From an uncultured virus (IMG/VR IMGVR_UViG_3300026479_000007) (taxonomy: Duplodnaviria; Heunggongvirae; Uroviricota; Caudoviricetes), in IMG/VR virus record IMGVR_UViG_3300026479_000007, positions 1-64,000 of that record: a stretch of DNA of 64,000 nt. One strand, given 5' to 3'. Positions 37,904 through 48,501 of the stretch are shown here, in pieces. How positions within the stretch are numbered: position 1 is the stretch's first letter; every line of letters begins with the position of its first letter. Both the position numbers and the translations under genes were made by a program. Below the pieces are notes generated by a model, which saw only the letters and a program-made list of their open reading frames with translations, did not search any database and was not told the origin of the DNA.

Positions 37904-39037
37904 ATGGATTTAATATTAAGTGGAGATAATATAAATGAAGGTAGAATTAAAATTAATAGTCTATCTGGTTTGACCTCTTTGTGGAGTGCTAGTACTGGAA
38001 ATTATTCAATAATAGCCGATAATTCAACTGGAAATTTAGCATCTGCTAATTATTCATTTGCTGCTGGTAATGATAATTTTTCATCTGGAAATACTTCTTT
38101 TTCTAATGGATATAAAAATGTTGCTGGTGGTGATTATTCTTTTGCTTCTGGACATCAAACAACTGCTATTGGTAATTATTCTTTTGCACAAGGAAATAAA
38201 ACTACATCATTTGGAGATTATTCTTTTACATCTAATGATGAGTGTAAATCTTATGGAAATTATTCTTTGTCATTAAATAATTTAAGTATTTCTTCTGGAG
38301 CTTGTTCGACTAGTATAAATAATAGAACTTTAACTTATGGAGATTACTCTTTTGCATCTGGTCAATATGTTCAAATAGATGGAGATTATTCATTTATAAA
38401 TTCTTCTACAAGTACATTGTATGATTTAAAATGTCTTGGTAATAAAAGTGCGATTTTAGGAGGTTCTTCAATGACTAATCTTTATGATGATGATATGGTA
38501 TATGTTTCAAAGTTAAATATTAATAATATATCTAATGATAATAACCTAACAAATGTTTTAACTTTAGAGTCTAATGGTGATGTAAACCAAAAAGAATACG
38601 ATACTAATTTCATAAACTTAACAGGAGAAAATTTAAGTAACTCAATAGTTTTAGAAGTAAATAAATTTTATTCATTATTTCAATCAAATCCTACAAATAA
38701 AAACTTTTTACCTACAACAGGAAATACAGGAGATGTTATAATTATTGCTAATATGCGGAATTCAAATACATTTAAAGAATATATATCAGTAAATATAACA
38801 TATAATACTTCTATTTTTTATGGTATTGGAGATAGTACTGGAATTGAATTGACAAATGCAAATGCTTCTAGTGATGATTTTAATTTAAAAAGAGGAACTG
38901 TAATTGAATTTACATATTTTGGTTCAGATGTTGGATTAGATTGTTGGGTTGTAACTAAACATGATACAATAGGTAAATTTATTACCAGTTTAGATGATTA
39001 TGGGTCAACTGATTGTGATACGGAATACATTAGTTAA
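37904..39037 (+). CDS. Baseplate/tail-fibre protein, paralog 3
   Basis: GDNINEGRIKIN, 14-aa repeats, LPTTGNTGD domain. Confidence 0.7.
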   Translation: MDLILSGDNINEGRIKINSLSGLTSLWSASTGNYSIIADNSTGNLASANYSFAAGNDNFSSGNTSFSNGYKNVAGGDYSFASGHQTTAIGNYSFAQGNKTTSFGDYSFTSNDECKSYGNYSLSLNNLSISSGACSTSINNRTLTYGDYSFASGQYVQIDGDYSFINSSTSTLYDLKCLGNKSAILGGSSMTNLYDDDMVYVSKLNINNISNDNNLTNVLTLESNGDVNQKEYDTNFINLTGENLSNSIVLEVNKFYSLFQSNPTNKNFLPTTGNTGDVIIIANMRNSNTFKEYISVNITYNTSIFYGIGDSTGIELTNANASSDDFNLKRGTVIEFTYFGSDVGLDCWVVTKHDTIGKFITSLDDYGSTDCDTEYIS

Positions 39038-39053
39038 ATAAATATTTAATAGT

Positions 39054-40097
39054 ATGTCAAACGATTTTAAAAACGGAAGAGGATTAAATTTATCAGACCC
39101 CAAGTATGATAAGGATGCTGTTAATTTGCGTACATTGAAGCGTGAGATTGATAGTGTTGTATTAGGTAGTGGAAGTACATTAAGCTTATTTGAAGTTGGT
39201 AGTGGTAACAATTCAGTTGTTTTAAAAAATTCCAATAGTGATGCTGGAGGTGATTATTCAGCAGTATTAGGAGGTTTAACTAATGCTATAGGTTCTAATT
39301 CTGATTATTCAGCAATATTAGGAGGGTTAAGTAATACTATTGACGATAATATTTATAATACGGTAATTGCTGGAGGTGTTAACATAAATGCTAATAAGAG
39401 TAATTCTTTATACACGGAAAATGCTAGGTTAGCTGAAAATGGTGGAGTAATTTACTCTGCAGGAACTGATTTGTATAATATTTTTTCTACAATTGGTTCT
39501 GATGTATTTACTAATGGTTTAACATATGATAATGCGAATAAATTAACTTTATCTAAGAGTGATTCTTCCATTTTAGAAGTTGTTATAGATGAATTTACAG
39601 GATTAACTATTAATGGTGATTTTGAAGTTTCTGGGGTAATTTCTTCAGGTTCTACTGATTTATCTAATTTATTTGCTCCAATAGGAGCTTTAACACCTTT
39701 ACCTTCCATAAATCAAGCGCAAATATTTATTGGAGACCAAACTAACAATCCTCAAGCTGTAGATGTTATTGGTGATGTTTTTATTAATTATTCAGGTCGT
39801 ACAACTATACAACCTCAAAGTGTTACATTTGAAAAGTTTCAAAATTTAACAGGGAAATCAGTCGTAGGTACTTCAACACCAACTGGAGGTACAGTTGAAG
39901 AGATTCCAATTTTAGATGCTTATATATTGTCAGCTTATAACATATCTTTATTAGATAATTCTACAAATTGGGATATTAATGGTGTATATGTAGGTCCTAC
40001 AATATTAGATACATATCAAGGTCAAGCTTACTTTAATGCGAATTATTGGTTTACAGCAGTTGCAGATAATGTATGGATTCGGTTAATTAGAGGTTAA
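39054..40097 (+). CDS. Tail-fibre-like protein
   Basis: P...KDAVN..L neck motif, YSA.LGGL.N repeats, W.R C-terminus. Confidence 0.6.
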   Translation: MSNDFKNGRGLNLSDPKYDKDAVNLRTLKREIDSVVLGSGSTLSLFEVGSGNNSVVLKNSNSDAGGDYSAVLGGLTNAIGSNSDYSAILGGLSNTIDDNIYNTVIAGGVNINANKSNSLYTENARLAENGGVIYSAGTDLYNIFSTIGSDVFTNGLTYDNANKLTLSKSDSSILEVVIDEFTGLTINGDFEVSGVISSGSTDLSNLFAPIGALTPLPSINQAQIFIGDQTNNPQAVDVIGDVFINYSGRTTIQPQSVTFEKFQNLTGKSVVGTSTPTGGTVEEIPILDAYILSAYNISLLDNSTNWDINGVYVGPTILDTYQGQAYFNANYWFTAVADNVWIRLIRG

Positions 40098-40124
40098 TAA
40101 ATTAAAAATTTACTATTTATTAGT

Positions 40125-40838
40125 ATGCCATCTTTAATTACATATAATAGTAGGAACATTTTAAACAACAACATATATGCTACACCTATGGATGTTGGTT
40201 CTTATGCTGTTCTTAATAGTGCATTTCAATTAAATAGTTTACCAGCAGAGAGACGAAAGTCTGGGATGATGGTGTATATTTTAGAAAGTAATTCTTTTTA
40301 TATTCTAAAAGATGTTGATTGGAACTTTACCACTACTGATTGGCAACCCCTATCAATAGACAATAAAGACGAAAAAAGCTTTTTAGATAAAGAGATACCT
40401 ACTGGGATAGTTAATGGTATAAATAGAGAATTTATATTATCTCAAATACCACAAGAAAACTCTGAGCATGTTTATCTAAATGGAGCTTTACAAGACCCAG
40501 GAGAAGAAAATGATTATACTATATTCGGAAATGTTATAACATTTAGAAAAGCACCTTATTTAGGTTCAAAAGTTAGATGTACTTATAGACTAATAGAAAA
40601 AATCTCCCCAGAACTTCAAATTTCAGACAAAGAAATACCAGAAGGGGTTGCTGATGGATTTAATAATATATTTTTATTACAAAATCTACCTGAAATAAAC
40701 TCTGAACATGTTTATGTAAATGGATTACTACAAGATGATAGTCAAGATTATGATTATGAAATTGTTGATAATCAAATTATATTCAAATACCCACCTTTAA
40801 AAGATTCTAGAATAAAATGTACTTATAGATTTTTTTAA
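40125..40838 (+). CDS. Fibre-associated protein with two VY.NG.LQ...DY...I.F..AP domains
   Basis: Duplicated beta domain also found at the C-terminus of 42201..44951. Confidence 0.6.
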   Translation: MPSLITYNSRNILNNNIYATPMDVGSYAVLNSAFQLNSLPAERRKSGMMVYILESNSFYILKDVDWNFTTTDWQPLSIDNKDEKSFLDKEIPTGIVNGINREFILSQIPQENSEHVYLNGALQDPGEENDYTIFGNVITFRKAPYLGSKVRCTYRLIEKISPELQISDKEIPEGVADGFNNIFLLQNLPEINSEHVYVNGLLQDDSQDYDYEIVDNQIIFKYPPLKDSRIKCTYRFF

Positions 40839-40924
40839 AAATAAAATTAATATAAATCATAAAATAAAAAAAAAAATCATATTTATTAATAACGCAAAAA
40901 TGAGAACTATAAAATAATTGAAAC

Positions 40925-41149
40925 ATGAATAAGTACAAAACAAACGATTTATATTTAGCAGCTTTCTTAAAGTTGAACAACCAAAAAATTTCGGTTGAAA
41001 AAAATAAGAATAAAGTTTCTTTTATTTTTGATGAAACTGAAGAATTATTAAATTTAGTTAATCTTTATTTAACTGAAGAAGGAAACTGTAAACCTTTGTC
41101 TTATACAAATTCAATCAAAAATTTAAAAAATCTTATTTATAACCTTTAA
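40925..41149 (+). CDS. DUF5659-like small protein
   Basis: YKTNDLYLAAFL...V.F.F motif. Confidence 0.6.
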   Translation: MNKYKTNDLYLAAFLKLNNQKISVEKNKNKVSFIFDETEELLNLVNLYLTEEGNCKPLSYTNSIKNLKNLIYNL

Positions 41150-41181
41150 TTAAGATTATAACATATTAATTTTTTGTTATT

Positions 41182-41919
41182 ATGTTAGGAATATCTTTAG
41201 TAGTTAAAAATTTAACAGATTTTATTGTAGAAGAAATATCAAACTATTATTCTGAAGATAATATTAATGAAAAACTAATCATAGACATTAAATCCTTAAA
41301 AGGTATATATGAAAATTTTGGTGTAGATAAAATTATTATTGAGTTAGGTCAATTGAATGAGTATTTACATGATAAATCTGGATTCCATAAAGACAAAAAT
41401 GAATATATATCTTATCTTACTTTGAATGTAAATAATTTAACAGTTGATTCTTTGTTACATGAGTTAAAACATATTTATGTTGATTGGTGCATTTATAAAA
41501 ATGGAGGTAAACCAATTAAAGAAAGTAAAGAAGTTAAAGAGTTGTATACTGAAGATTTTCAAAAATTATTAACAACAGACAAAAGTAAAATACCTAACTT
41601 AATAAAAGTTATTCGCTTTTTTTATTATTCAACAAAATTAGAAATACCTTCTTTTTTAGAAAATCATTTTTTTGACAATAATTTTTATTATAAAAATGAA
41701 ATAAAAAAAATGTTAGATTTCAAAGTTGAAAATTTTAAAAATAAAAAATGTAAAAAAGAATTTAATATTTTACAATCATATAACATTCCTAAATTTAACA
41801 AATTTAAAACATATGAAAGTTTTTTAGAATATTGTAATAAGTTTTTTAAAATTAGAGGTTTATATATTTTAAAGAAAATAAACAAGGTAGATTATTTGTT
41901 AAAAAATGTTAAAAAATAG
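41182..41919 (+). CDS. Putative zincin metallopeptidase
   Basis: LLHELKH plus a downstream E (LEIPSF). Confidence 0.55.
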   Translation: MLGISLVVKNLTDFIVEEISNYYSEDNINEKLIIDIKSLKGIYENFGVDKIIIELGQLNEYLHDKSGFHKDKNEYISYLTLNVNNLTVDSLLHELKHIYVDWCIYKNGGKPIKESKEVKELYTEDFQKLLTTDKSKIPNLIKVIRFFYYSTKLEIPSFLENHFFDNNFYYKNEIKKMLDFKVENFKNKKCKKEFNILQSYNIPKFNKFKTYESFLEYCNKFFKIRGLYILKKINKVDYLLKNVKK

Positions 41920-42200
41920 TTTTTATTTTTTTTTCTTTATATTTATTAATTGCAATGAGCTTCCAAGGCTCAAATATTTAAATTTATATATTATATCAAG
42001 AAATCTCTCAAACAAAATTTGAAGATTTATTTCACATTTATATTAAAAAAAACTTTTAATAAATATTTTTTTGTATAAAAATATTTTAATAGTTTTTAAT
42101 CATTTATATTTATAATCCTATTTTATATTTAAATTAATTATGTATATGCCAAAAACGACACGAAAGAGTGTAGAATAAAACATAATAATTAAAAAAACAA

Positions 42201-44951
42201 ATGGAAAATAGATTATTTTTATTAGAAGCACCAGTAGAGCCAACAAACAATTTTACAGGTGGAACTAGGATTATCTTAAATAAACAATCAGACGGTAAAT
42301 TGACTGATGCTGAAATTTTAAGACCAATTGGTATTGAGAAATCAGATTTACCTGGGTTAGTTGACGACTTACAAAATTTAGAACAAGCAATTACCAACGA
42401 GAAGAGTAGAGCTGAAGCAAAAGATGCTGAACATGATGCTGAAATCGCTGCTGAAGTTGCTAGAGCTGAAGCAAAAGATGCTGAACATGATGCAGCTATC
42501 GATGCTGAAGTTGCTAGAGCTAAAGATGCTGAAGGTTCATTAGAGACATCAATCAGTGATGAAACTACTAGAGCTAAAGATGCTGAAGGTTCATTAGAAG
42601 TTAAAATCGATGCTGACGTATCTGCTGAAGAATCAGCGAGAGTTTCAGGAGACGCTTCATTAGAGGCTAAAATCGATGCTGACGTATCTGCTGAAGAATC
42701 AGCGAGAGTTTCAGGAGACGCTTCATTAGAGGCTAAAGTATCTACTGAAAAAAGTAGAATTGATGCTATTTTAGAGGCTTCTGATGCTGATAAAGATTCA
42801 TTCGCTGAAATCGTAACATTAATCAACTCTGTTGATACTGAAAATGACCAAGCATTTGCATCTTATGTATTATCTAATGATGCTGCTTTATCAACTGAAG
42901 TATCTTCAAGAATTTCAGGTGACGCTTCATTAGAAGGTAAAGTAAACGCTGATATCTCAACTGAGGTTTCTGCTAGAGAATCTGCTGACTTAGCTGAACA
43001 AAACGCAAGAATTGCTGGTGATGCTGCTGTAACGGCTGCATTCGAAGCTGCTGACTCTGTAGAGAAAGCTACTAGAGAAGCTGCTGACGCTTCATTAGAA
43101 GCTAAAATCGATGCTGACATGTCAGCTGAAGAATCTGCAAGAATTGCTGCTGATGGTTCATTAGAAGCTAAAATCGATGCTGACATGTCAGCTGAAGAAT
43201 CTGCAAGAATTGCTACTGATGGTTCATTAGAAGCTAAAATCGATGACGAAATAACTAGAGCGATAAATACAGATACTGACCTTCAAAATGAATTAAACGC
43301 TGAGATAGCTAGAGCTACAGCTAAAGATGCTCAGCATGATACAGCTATCGAATCTGAAGTAAGTTCAAGAGTATCTGCTGATGCTTCATTAAATGAAAAA
43401 ATCGAACTTGAGTCTAAGGATTTAAATGAATCTATAGCTAGTGAAGAAGCTGCAAGAATTGCTGCTGATGGTTCATTAGATGTTGCATTAGCTGCTGAGA
43501 TTTCAAGAGCTACTGAAGCTGAAGATTCAATCGCTACAGTATTATCAAGTGAGGTTTCTTCAATCATCGCTAACACTGACTTAAACTCAATCGATTCATT
43601 CGCAGAAGTTGTTAGTGAATTAGATGCTGAAGAATCAACTCGTTTAGCTAGTGATACTTCATTGGAAGCTGAAATCGATGCATTACCTTTAACTGATGAT
43701 GTAACAATCGAAGTTGATGGTGATAACAACATTAGAATGAAAGATGTTATTGCTGAAGGTACAGCTGGAGAAAGAACATTCGAAGGTTTAAACAAAGCTG
43801 GTGTTCAACCAGATAGTTTAGCTGGATATGATGCTTTATCATTCATTACTAAAGGAATTTTAGATAACTTTGATGCTACTGTAACAGGTGACGTATCTGC
43901 TGAAGCTAGTATTAGAGCTGCTGCTGATGCTTCATTAGAATTAAGATTGTCTACTGAGGAATCAACTCACGCTATTGAATACTCTACTGAAGTTGCTGCT
44001 AGAGAAGCTGCAATCAGTTCTGAAGCTAGTTCAAGAGTTGCTGCTGATGGTTCATTAGAAGCTAAAATCGATGCTGACGTATCTGCTGAAGAATCAGCGA
44101 GAGTTTCAGGAGACGCTTCATTAGAGGCTAAAGTATCTACTGAAAAAAGTAGAATTGATGCTATCTTAGAGGCTTCTGATGCTGATAAAGATTCATTTGC
44201 TGAAATCGTAACACTAATCAACTCTGTTGATACTGAAAACGACCAAGCATTTGCTTCTTACGTATTGAGTAATGACGCTGCTTTATCAACTGAAGTTGCT
44301 GCTAGAGAATCTGCTGACGCTTCACTAGAAGGTAAAGTAAACGCTGATATCTCAACTGAAGTTGCTGCTAGAGAAGCTGCTGACGCTTCATTAGAAGCTA
44401 AAGTAAACGCTGATATCTCAACTGAAGTTGCTGCTAGAGAATCTGCTGACTTAGCTGAACAAAACGCAAGAATTGCTGGTGACGCTGCTGTAACAGCTGC
44501 ATTCGAAGCTGCTGACTCTGTAGAGAAAGCTGCAAGACTTGCTGCTGACGCTTCATTAGAAGTTGTGTTATCTGCTGAGATTTCAGTTCAAAACTCAATC
44601 GACCAAGCTATCAAAGATGGTGTTAACGGAGCATTAGTTGAAATCAAATCTATGATTTTAAACGCTGTTAATGTCGGGAAGTTTGTGATTTTAAATAGTG
44701 CAGTCGGAGATGGTGTAACTGTAGATTTCAGTGTATTAATTAATGGAAGTGGAGCAATCTACTTAAATGGTTTATTACAAGAAAGAGATGTTGATTATAC
44801 TTTCAGTTCAGTAGTAGATGCTAAAGGTAACACTCAAGGTACCTTCACGTTCAATGTAGCACCTGAAACTGGAGCATCAGTTGTGATTTACGGACAAGAA
44901 GCAATTGCTGTAAACCCTGATTATTATGGTAACTTTACTCCATTAGCATAA
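42201..44951 (+). CDS. Long Ala/acidic coiled-coil fibre protein
   Basis: 11/22-aa repeats AEESARIAADGSLEAKID, DSFAEI knots, C-terminal IYLNGLLQ domain; highly biased codons. Confidence 0.75.
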   Translation: MENRLFLLEAPVEPTNNFTGGTRIILNKQSDGKLTDAEILRPIGIEKSDLPGLVDDLQNLEQAITNEKSRAEAKDAEHDAEIAAEVARAEAKDAEHDAAIDAEVARAKDAEGSLETSISDETTRAKDAEGSLEVKIDADVSAEESARVSGDASLEAKIDADVSAEESARVSGDASLEAKVSTEKSRIDAILEASDADKDSFAEIVTLINSVDTENDQAFASYVLSNDAALSTEVSSRISGDASLEGKVNADISTEVSARESADLAEQNARIAGDAAVTAAFEAADSVEKATREAADASLEAKIDADMSAEESARIAADGSLEAKIDADMSAEESARIATDGSLEAKIDDEITRAINTDTDLQNELNAEIARATAKDAQHDTAIESEVSSRVSADASLNEKIELESKDLNESIASEEAARIAADGSLDVALAAEISRATEAEDSIATVLSSEVSSIIANTDLNSIDSFAEVVSELDAEESTRLASDTSLEAEIDALPLTDDVTIEVDGDNNIRMKDVIAEGTAGERTFEGLNKAGVQPDSLAGYDALSFITKGILDNFDATVTGDVSAEASIRAAADASLELRLSTEESTHAIEYSTEVAAREAAISSEASSRVAADGSLEAKIDADVSAEESARVSGDASLEAKVSTEKSRIDAILEASDADKDSFAEIVTLINSVDTENDQAFASYVLSNDAALSTEVAARESADASLEGKVNADISTEVAAREAADASLEAKVNADISTEVAARESADLAEQNARIAGDAAVTAAFEAADSVEKAARLAADASLEVVLSAEISVQNSIDQAIKDGVNGALVEIKSMILNAVNVGKFVILNSAVGDGVTVDFSVLINGSGAIYLNGLLQERDVDYTFSSVVDAKGNTQGTFTFNVAPETGASVVIYGQEAIAVNPDYYGNFTPLA
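42666..44296 (+). repeat. Direct repeat 42666-42901 / 44061-44296 within the fibre gene
   Basis: 236-bp copies 1395 bp apart with 10 differences, all silent. Confidence 0.85.
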
Positions 44952-45005
44952 TCTACAACCCTAGATTAAACTAAAACCAATGTATTATTAATTTAATACA
45001 TAAAC

Positions 45006-45040
45006 AAAAAAGGGGAGGATGAAATACTCCTCCCTCTTTT
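45006..45040 (+). terminator. Intrinsic terminator
   Basis: AGGGGAGGA...TCCTCCCT followed by a T tract. Confidence 0.75.
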
Positions 45041-45054
45041 TATTTTTAACACTT

Positions 45055-45633
45055 ATGAAAAAAGAATATAAAATAAAATCACAAGAATTAAACAATAATG
45101 ATTTTGTTGATAACACCAATGAGTGGTATTATATCGAACCAACAACAACCCAATTCGAAAATATTTTTCCCAGAATGATAAATTTAACACCATCAAAAAC
45201 AACATTTAACGTATGTGATGCTGGATTTGGTTTGGGTACAATGATGTATAACTTTTATATTGAATCCAAAAAATTTGAGGACAAAACTTTTAATTTTTTT
45301 GGTGTTGAGAAGTATAAAGAGTATGTTGATTTTTTTAATAAAAACCTAAAAGGTTATTGGGATAATAATATCGATTTGTATGTTGATGATATTATGAATC
45401 ATAATTATGGTAAATATGATATTGTTTATTGTTACACACCATTTAAGAATGAAAATGAATTGATGGGTATGTATCAAAAAATTGTTGATGAGTTAAAACC
45501 AAACGGAATATTGGTTGAATATGCTTGGTCTGGAATGGGGTTTTATTCTTCTATAAGAAAAACACATAAAAATAACCCTGAAACAACAAAATTAATTCGA
45601 TTAATTACTCATGATGTGTTAATAAAACTATAA
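45055..45633 (+). CDS. Class I SAM-dependent methyltransferase (start likely MKKEYK)
   Basis: VCDAGFGLG, FFGVEK, YDIVYCYTPF, LKPNGILV. Confidence 0.8.
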   Translation: MKKEYKIKSQELNNNDFVDNTNEWYYIEPTTTQFENIFPRMINLTPSKTTFNVCDAGFGLGTMMYNFYIESKKFEDKTFNFFGVEKYKEYVDFFNKNLKGYWDNNIDLYVDDIMNHNYGKYDIVYCYTPFKNENELMGMYQKIVDELKPNGILVEYAWSGMGFYSSIRKTHKNNPETTKLIRLITHDVLIKL

Positions 45634-45665
45634 AATAACAAATTAAAAAATAAAAAAAAAGAAAA

Positions 45666-45890
45666 ATGGAAACAAAACCAGGATTTTACAAAGAAACCGA
45701 AGAAGGTTGGTATTATGCACCAAATGCAGTGTATAATGGTGATTATTCTTTATTAAAAGAACAAAAAGATACCTACACTTATCCAACGGATGGGTGGTCA
45801 TGGTATGATGATGAACCTGAAGGATTTATTGATATATTCAATAAACCTGAAGAAGAAATAACTGAAGAAACACCTGAAGGTGAATTATAA
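45666..45890 (+). CDS. Small acidic partner of BspA-like protein, copy 1
   Basis: GFYK...YAPNAVY...YP.DGW.WYD; near-identical to 48231..48461. Confidence 0.75.
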   Translation: METKPGFYKETEEGWYYAPNAVYNGDYSLLKEQKDTYTYPTDGWSWYDDEPEGFIDIFNKPEEEITEETPEGEL

Positions 45891-45919
45891 TAACAAATTA
45901 ATTAAAAAAATAGAAAATT

Positions 45920-48142
45920 ATGGCACAAGTAGTAGGAGGTGTACAAGCACCTAAATATATTTACTTACCTAACGCTACGGTAAGATATAATAAATTAAAT
46001 TATAATTATCCAATCGATACAACACCATACAAAACTTATACAAGACCAGCGGATTGGTTGGATTTACCAGCGGTAAATGAAGGTGATGAAGTAATTTACA
46101 TGTTGGTTGCAATTTATGAAAATAACCCAAATAGTATCGTATTCTCAGTTAGAGGTGATTATACTGTTGATTGGGGTGATGGAAATATTATTAATTATGA
46201 CCAAAATAGTACAAGTGTGAATGCTGTTGATGGTAAAACAGGTTATTCAATAAATTGGGATGACATTGACCCATCAACATTAACATCAGAAGGATATAGA
46301 CAAGCAATTGTTAAAATCACACCACAAGTTCCTGGTGGTTTAACTCATTTCAATAATCAATCATTCTATCAATCAATGCTTAATGGTGTATATGGTGGTG
46401 TAGGTCTTTCAGGTCTTTTGGATATGAAAATGGCTGGACAAAACATCAATTATTTAAAAGTTGGTGGTGGTAATAACCCAAAATTCGAACAATTTGAGTT
46501 TGTTGGTTCAAATAGTATTGTGGCTAGTAACAGTATGTTTAATGGTTCAACTATTAAAAAAATAGTTTCTTTAGATATGTCTAATATCACTAATGGTTAT
46601 TATATGTTTAGACAATGTACTAAATTAATAGAGTTACCAGAAGATATGGATTTAACAAGTTTAACAAATGTATATGACATGTTTGCGTATTGTAGTTCAT
46701 TAGAAAAATTACCAACATTAGATTTGACAAGTTGTACAAGTATGCAAAATATGTTTAAACATTCTTCTCAGATAAGAGAAATTAATTTAATAAATACATC
46801 CAATGTAACAAATGGACAAGATGCTTTTTACGGCTGTTCAAACTTAGTTAAAATAACTGGTTTAGATACAAGTTCAATGACAATAACACATCAAATGTTT
46901 TATGGTTGTAATAAATTAATGGATTTACCTGAAATTAACTTACAAAGTTGTACAAGGACTTCAAGTATGTTTTATGCGTGTAATTCAATCATAAGATTTG
47001 ATAATGATATAATTAATACATCAGGTGTAACGAATATGCAAGGTATGTTTGGTCATTGTTCAAATTTAATAGAAATACCTAAAGATTTTGATACATCTAG
47101 TGCAACAAATATGACTTATATGTTTAATAAATGTAGTTCTTTAAGAAGAATACCTTTATTAAATACTTCAAATATAACTAGTGGTTATTATATGTTTAGA
47201 CAAGCAGATATTGAAGAAATTCCTGATTTAGATTTCTCTAATATAACACACGCTGGAGAGATGTTTTCGCATTGTTATAAATTAAAAACGTTACCAACAT
47301 TAGACTTATCTAGTTGTACAAGTATGCACAATATGTTTAAAAATTCTTCTCAGATAAGAGAAATTAATTTAATAAATACATCCAATGTAACAAGTGGACA
47401 AGATGCTTTTTACGGCTGTTCAAACTTAGTTAAAATAACTGGTTTAGATACAAGTTCAATGACAATAACACATCAAATGTTTTATGGTTGTAATAAATTA
47501 ATGGATTTACCTAAAATTAACTTACAAAGTTGTACAAGGACTTCAAGTATGTTTTATGGGTGTAATTCAATCATAAGATTTGATAATGATATAATTAATA
47601 CATCAGGTGTAACGAATATGCAAAGTATGTTTGGTTATTGTTCAAATTTAATAGAAATACCATCTGATTTTAATACAGATAGTGCAACAAATATGCTTTA
47701 TATGTTTCAAACAACATCTAATTTAAAAACAATACCATCTATTAATACTTCAAATATAACTAGTGGTTATTATATGTTTAGACAATCAGGTATTGAAGAA
47801 ATTCCTGATTTGGATACTTCCAATATTACAGATAGTAGAGAAATGTTTGGTTATTGTTCAAGACTTAGAAAAATAGGTAGTTTGGATTTTTCATCTGTAA
47901 CTAACGCAACAAATATGTTCAGAAATAACTATGGTATTGGTAAGTCTGATATATATGGTTTAACTAAATCACATACTTATCTTCATGGTAAGTTATCTAG
48001 AACTGAATTAGTTAACATTTTCAACAACTTGGGTAACGCAACATCTCAAACAATAGATGTTAGGTATAACCCTGGTACAGCTGATTTAACTCCTGAAGAT
48101 ATTGCTATAGCAACATCAAAAGGATGGACTGTAACGGTTTAA
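45920..48142 (+). CDS. BspA-like (DUF285) leucine-rich-repeat adhesin, copy 1
   Basis: DTS..TNM..MF..CS.L repeats, VDWGDG N-domain, IATSKGWTV C-terminus. Confidence 0.85.
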   Translation: MAQVVGGVQAPKYIYLPNATVRYNKLNYNYPIDTTPYKTYTRPADWLDLPAVNEGDEVIYMLVAIYENNPNSIVFSVRGDYTVDWGDGNIINYDQNSTSVNAVDGKTGYSINWDDIDPSTLTSEGYRQAIVKITPQVPGGLTHFNNQSFYQSMLNGVYGGVGLSGLLDMKMAGQNINYLKVGGGNNPKFEQFEFVGSNSIVASNSMFNGSTIKKIVSLDMSNITNGYYMFRQCTKLIELPEDMDLTSLTNVYDMFAYCSSLEKLPTLDLTSCTSMQNMFKHSSQIREINLINTSNVTNGQDAFYGCSNLVKITGLDTSSMTITHQMFYGCNKLMDLPEINLQSCTRTSSMFYACNSIIRFDNDIINTSGVTNMQGMFGHCSNLIEIPKDFDTSSATNMTYMFNKCSSLRRIPLLNTSNITSGYYMFRQADIEEIPDLDFSNITHAGEMFSHCYKLKTLPTLDLSSCTSMHNMFKNSSQIREINLINTSNVTSGQDAFYGCSNLVKITGLDTSSMTITHQMFYGCNKLMDLPKINLQSCTRTSSMFYGCNSIIRFDNDIINTSGVTNMQSMFGYCSNLIEIPSDFNTDSATNMLYMFQTTSNLKTIPSINTSNITSGYYMFRQSGIEEIPDLDTSNITDSREMFGYCSRLRKIGSLDFSSVTNATNMFRNNYGIGKSDIYGLTKSHTYLHGKLSRTELVNIFNNLGNATSQTIDVRYNPGTADLTPEDIAIATSKGWTVTV
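46730..47661 (+). repeat. Direct repeat 46730-47079 / 47312-47661 (582-bp period)
   Basis: 350-bp copies with 7 differences, all non-synonymous. Confidence 0.9.
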
Positions 48143-48156
48143 TAATTTAATAATTA

Positions 48157-48184
48157 AAGAGGGGGTATTCTCCCTCTCTTTTTT
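48157..48184 (+). terminator. Intrinsic terminator
   Basis: AGAGGGGG-TATT-CTCCCTCT followed by a T tract. Confidence 0.75.
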
Positions 48185-48230
48185 CATATTTATAAAAAAA
48201 ATAACAAATTAAAAAATAAAAAAAAGAAAA

Positions 48231-48461
48231 ATGGAATTAAAACTAGGATTTTACAAAGAAACCGAAGAAGGTTGGTATTATGCACCGAATGCGGTGTATA
48301 ATGGTGATTATTCTTTATTAAAAGAACAAAAAGATACATACAACTATCCAGTTGATGGATGGAAATGGTATGATGATGAACCTGAAGGATTTATTGATAT
48401 ATTCAATAAACCTGAAGAGGAAGAAGAAGATAATATTTCAGAAGAAGAAACTACATTATAA
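48231..48461 (+). CDS. Small acidic partner of BspA-like protein, copy 2
   Basis: Paralog of 45666..45890. Confidence 0.75.
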   Translation: MELKLGFYKETEEGWYYAPNAVYNGDYSLLKEQKDTYNYPVDGWKWYDDEPEGFIDIFNKPEEEEEDNISEEETTL

Positions 48462-48501
48462 TAAAAAAACAATAACAAATTAATTAAAAAAATAAAAAAT
48501 T

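Noticed and set aside
42134..44221. Long antisense ORFs (42134-42826, 42863-43186, 43331-43795, 43967-44221)
   Set aside because: Shadows of the repetitive GCT/GAA/GAT-rich fibre gene; low-complexity Ser/Ala products
45019..45054. Upstream start MKYSSLFLFLTL of the methyltransferase
   Set aside because: Lies inside the terminator hairpin; the ATG at 45055 is more plausible
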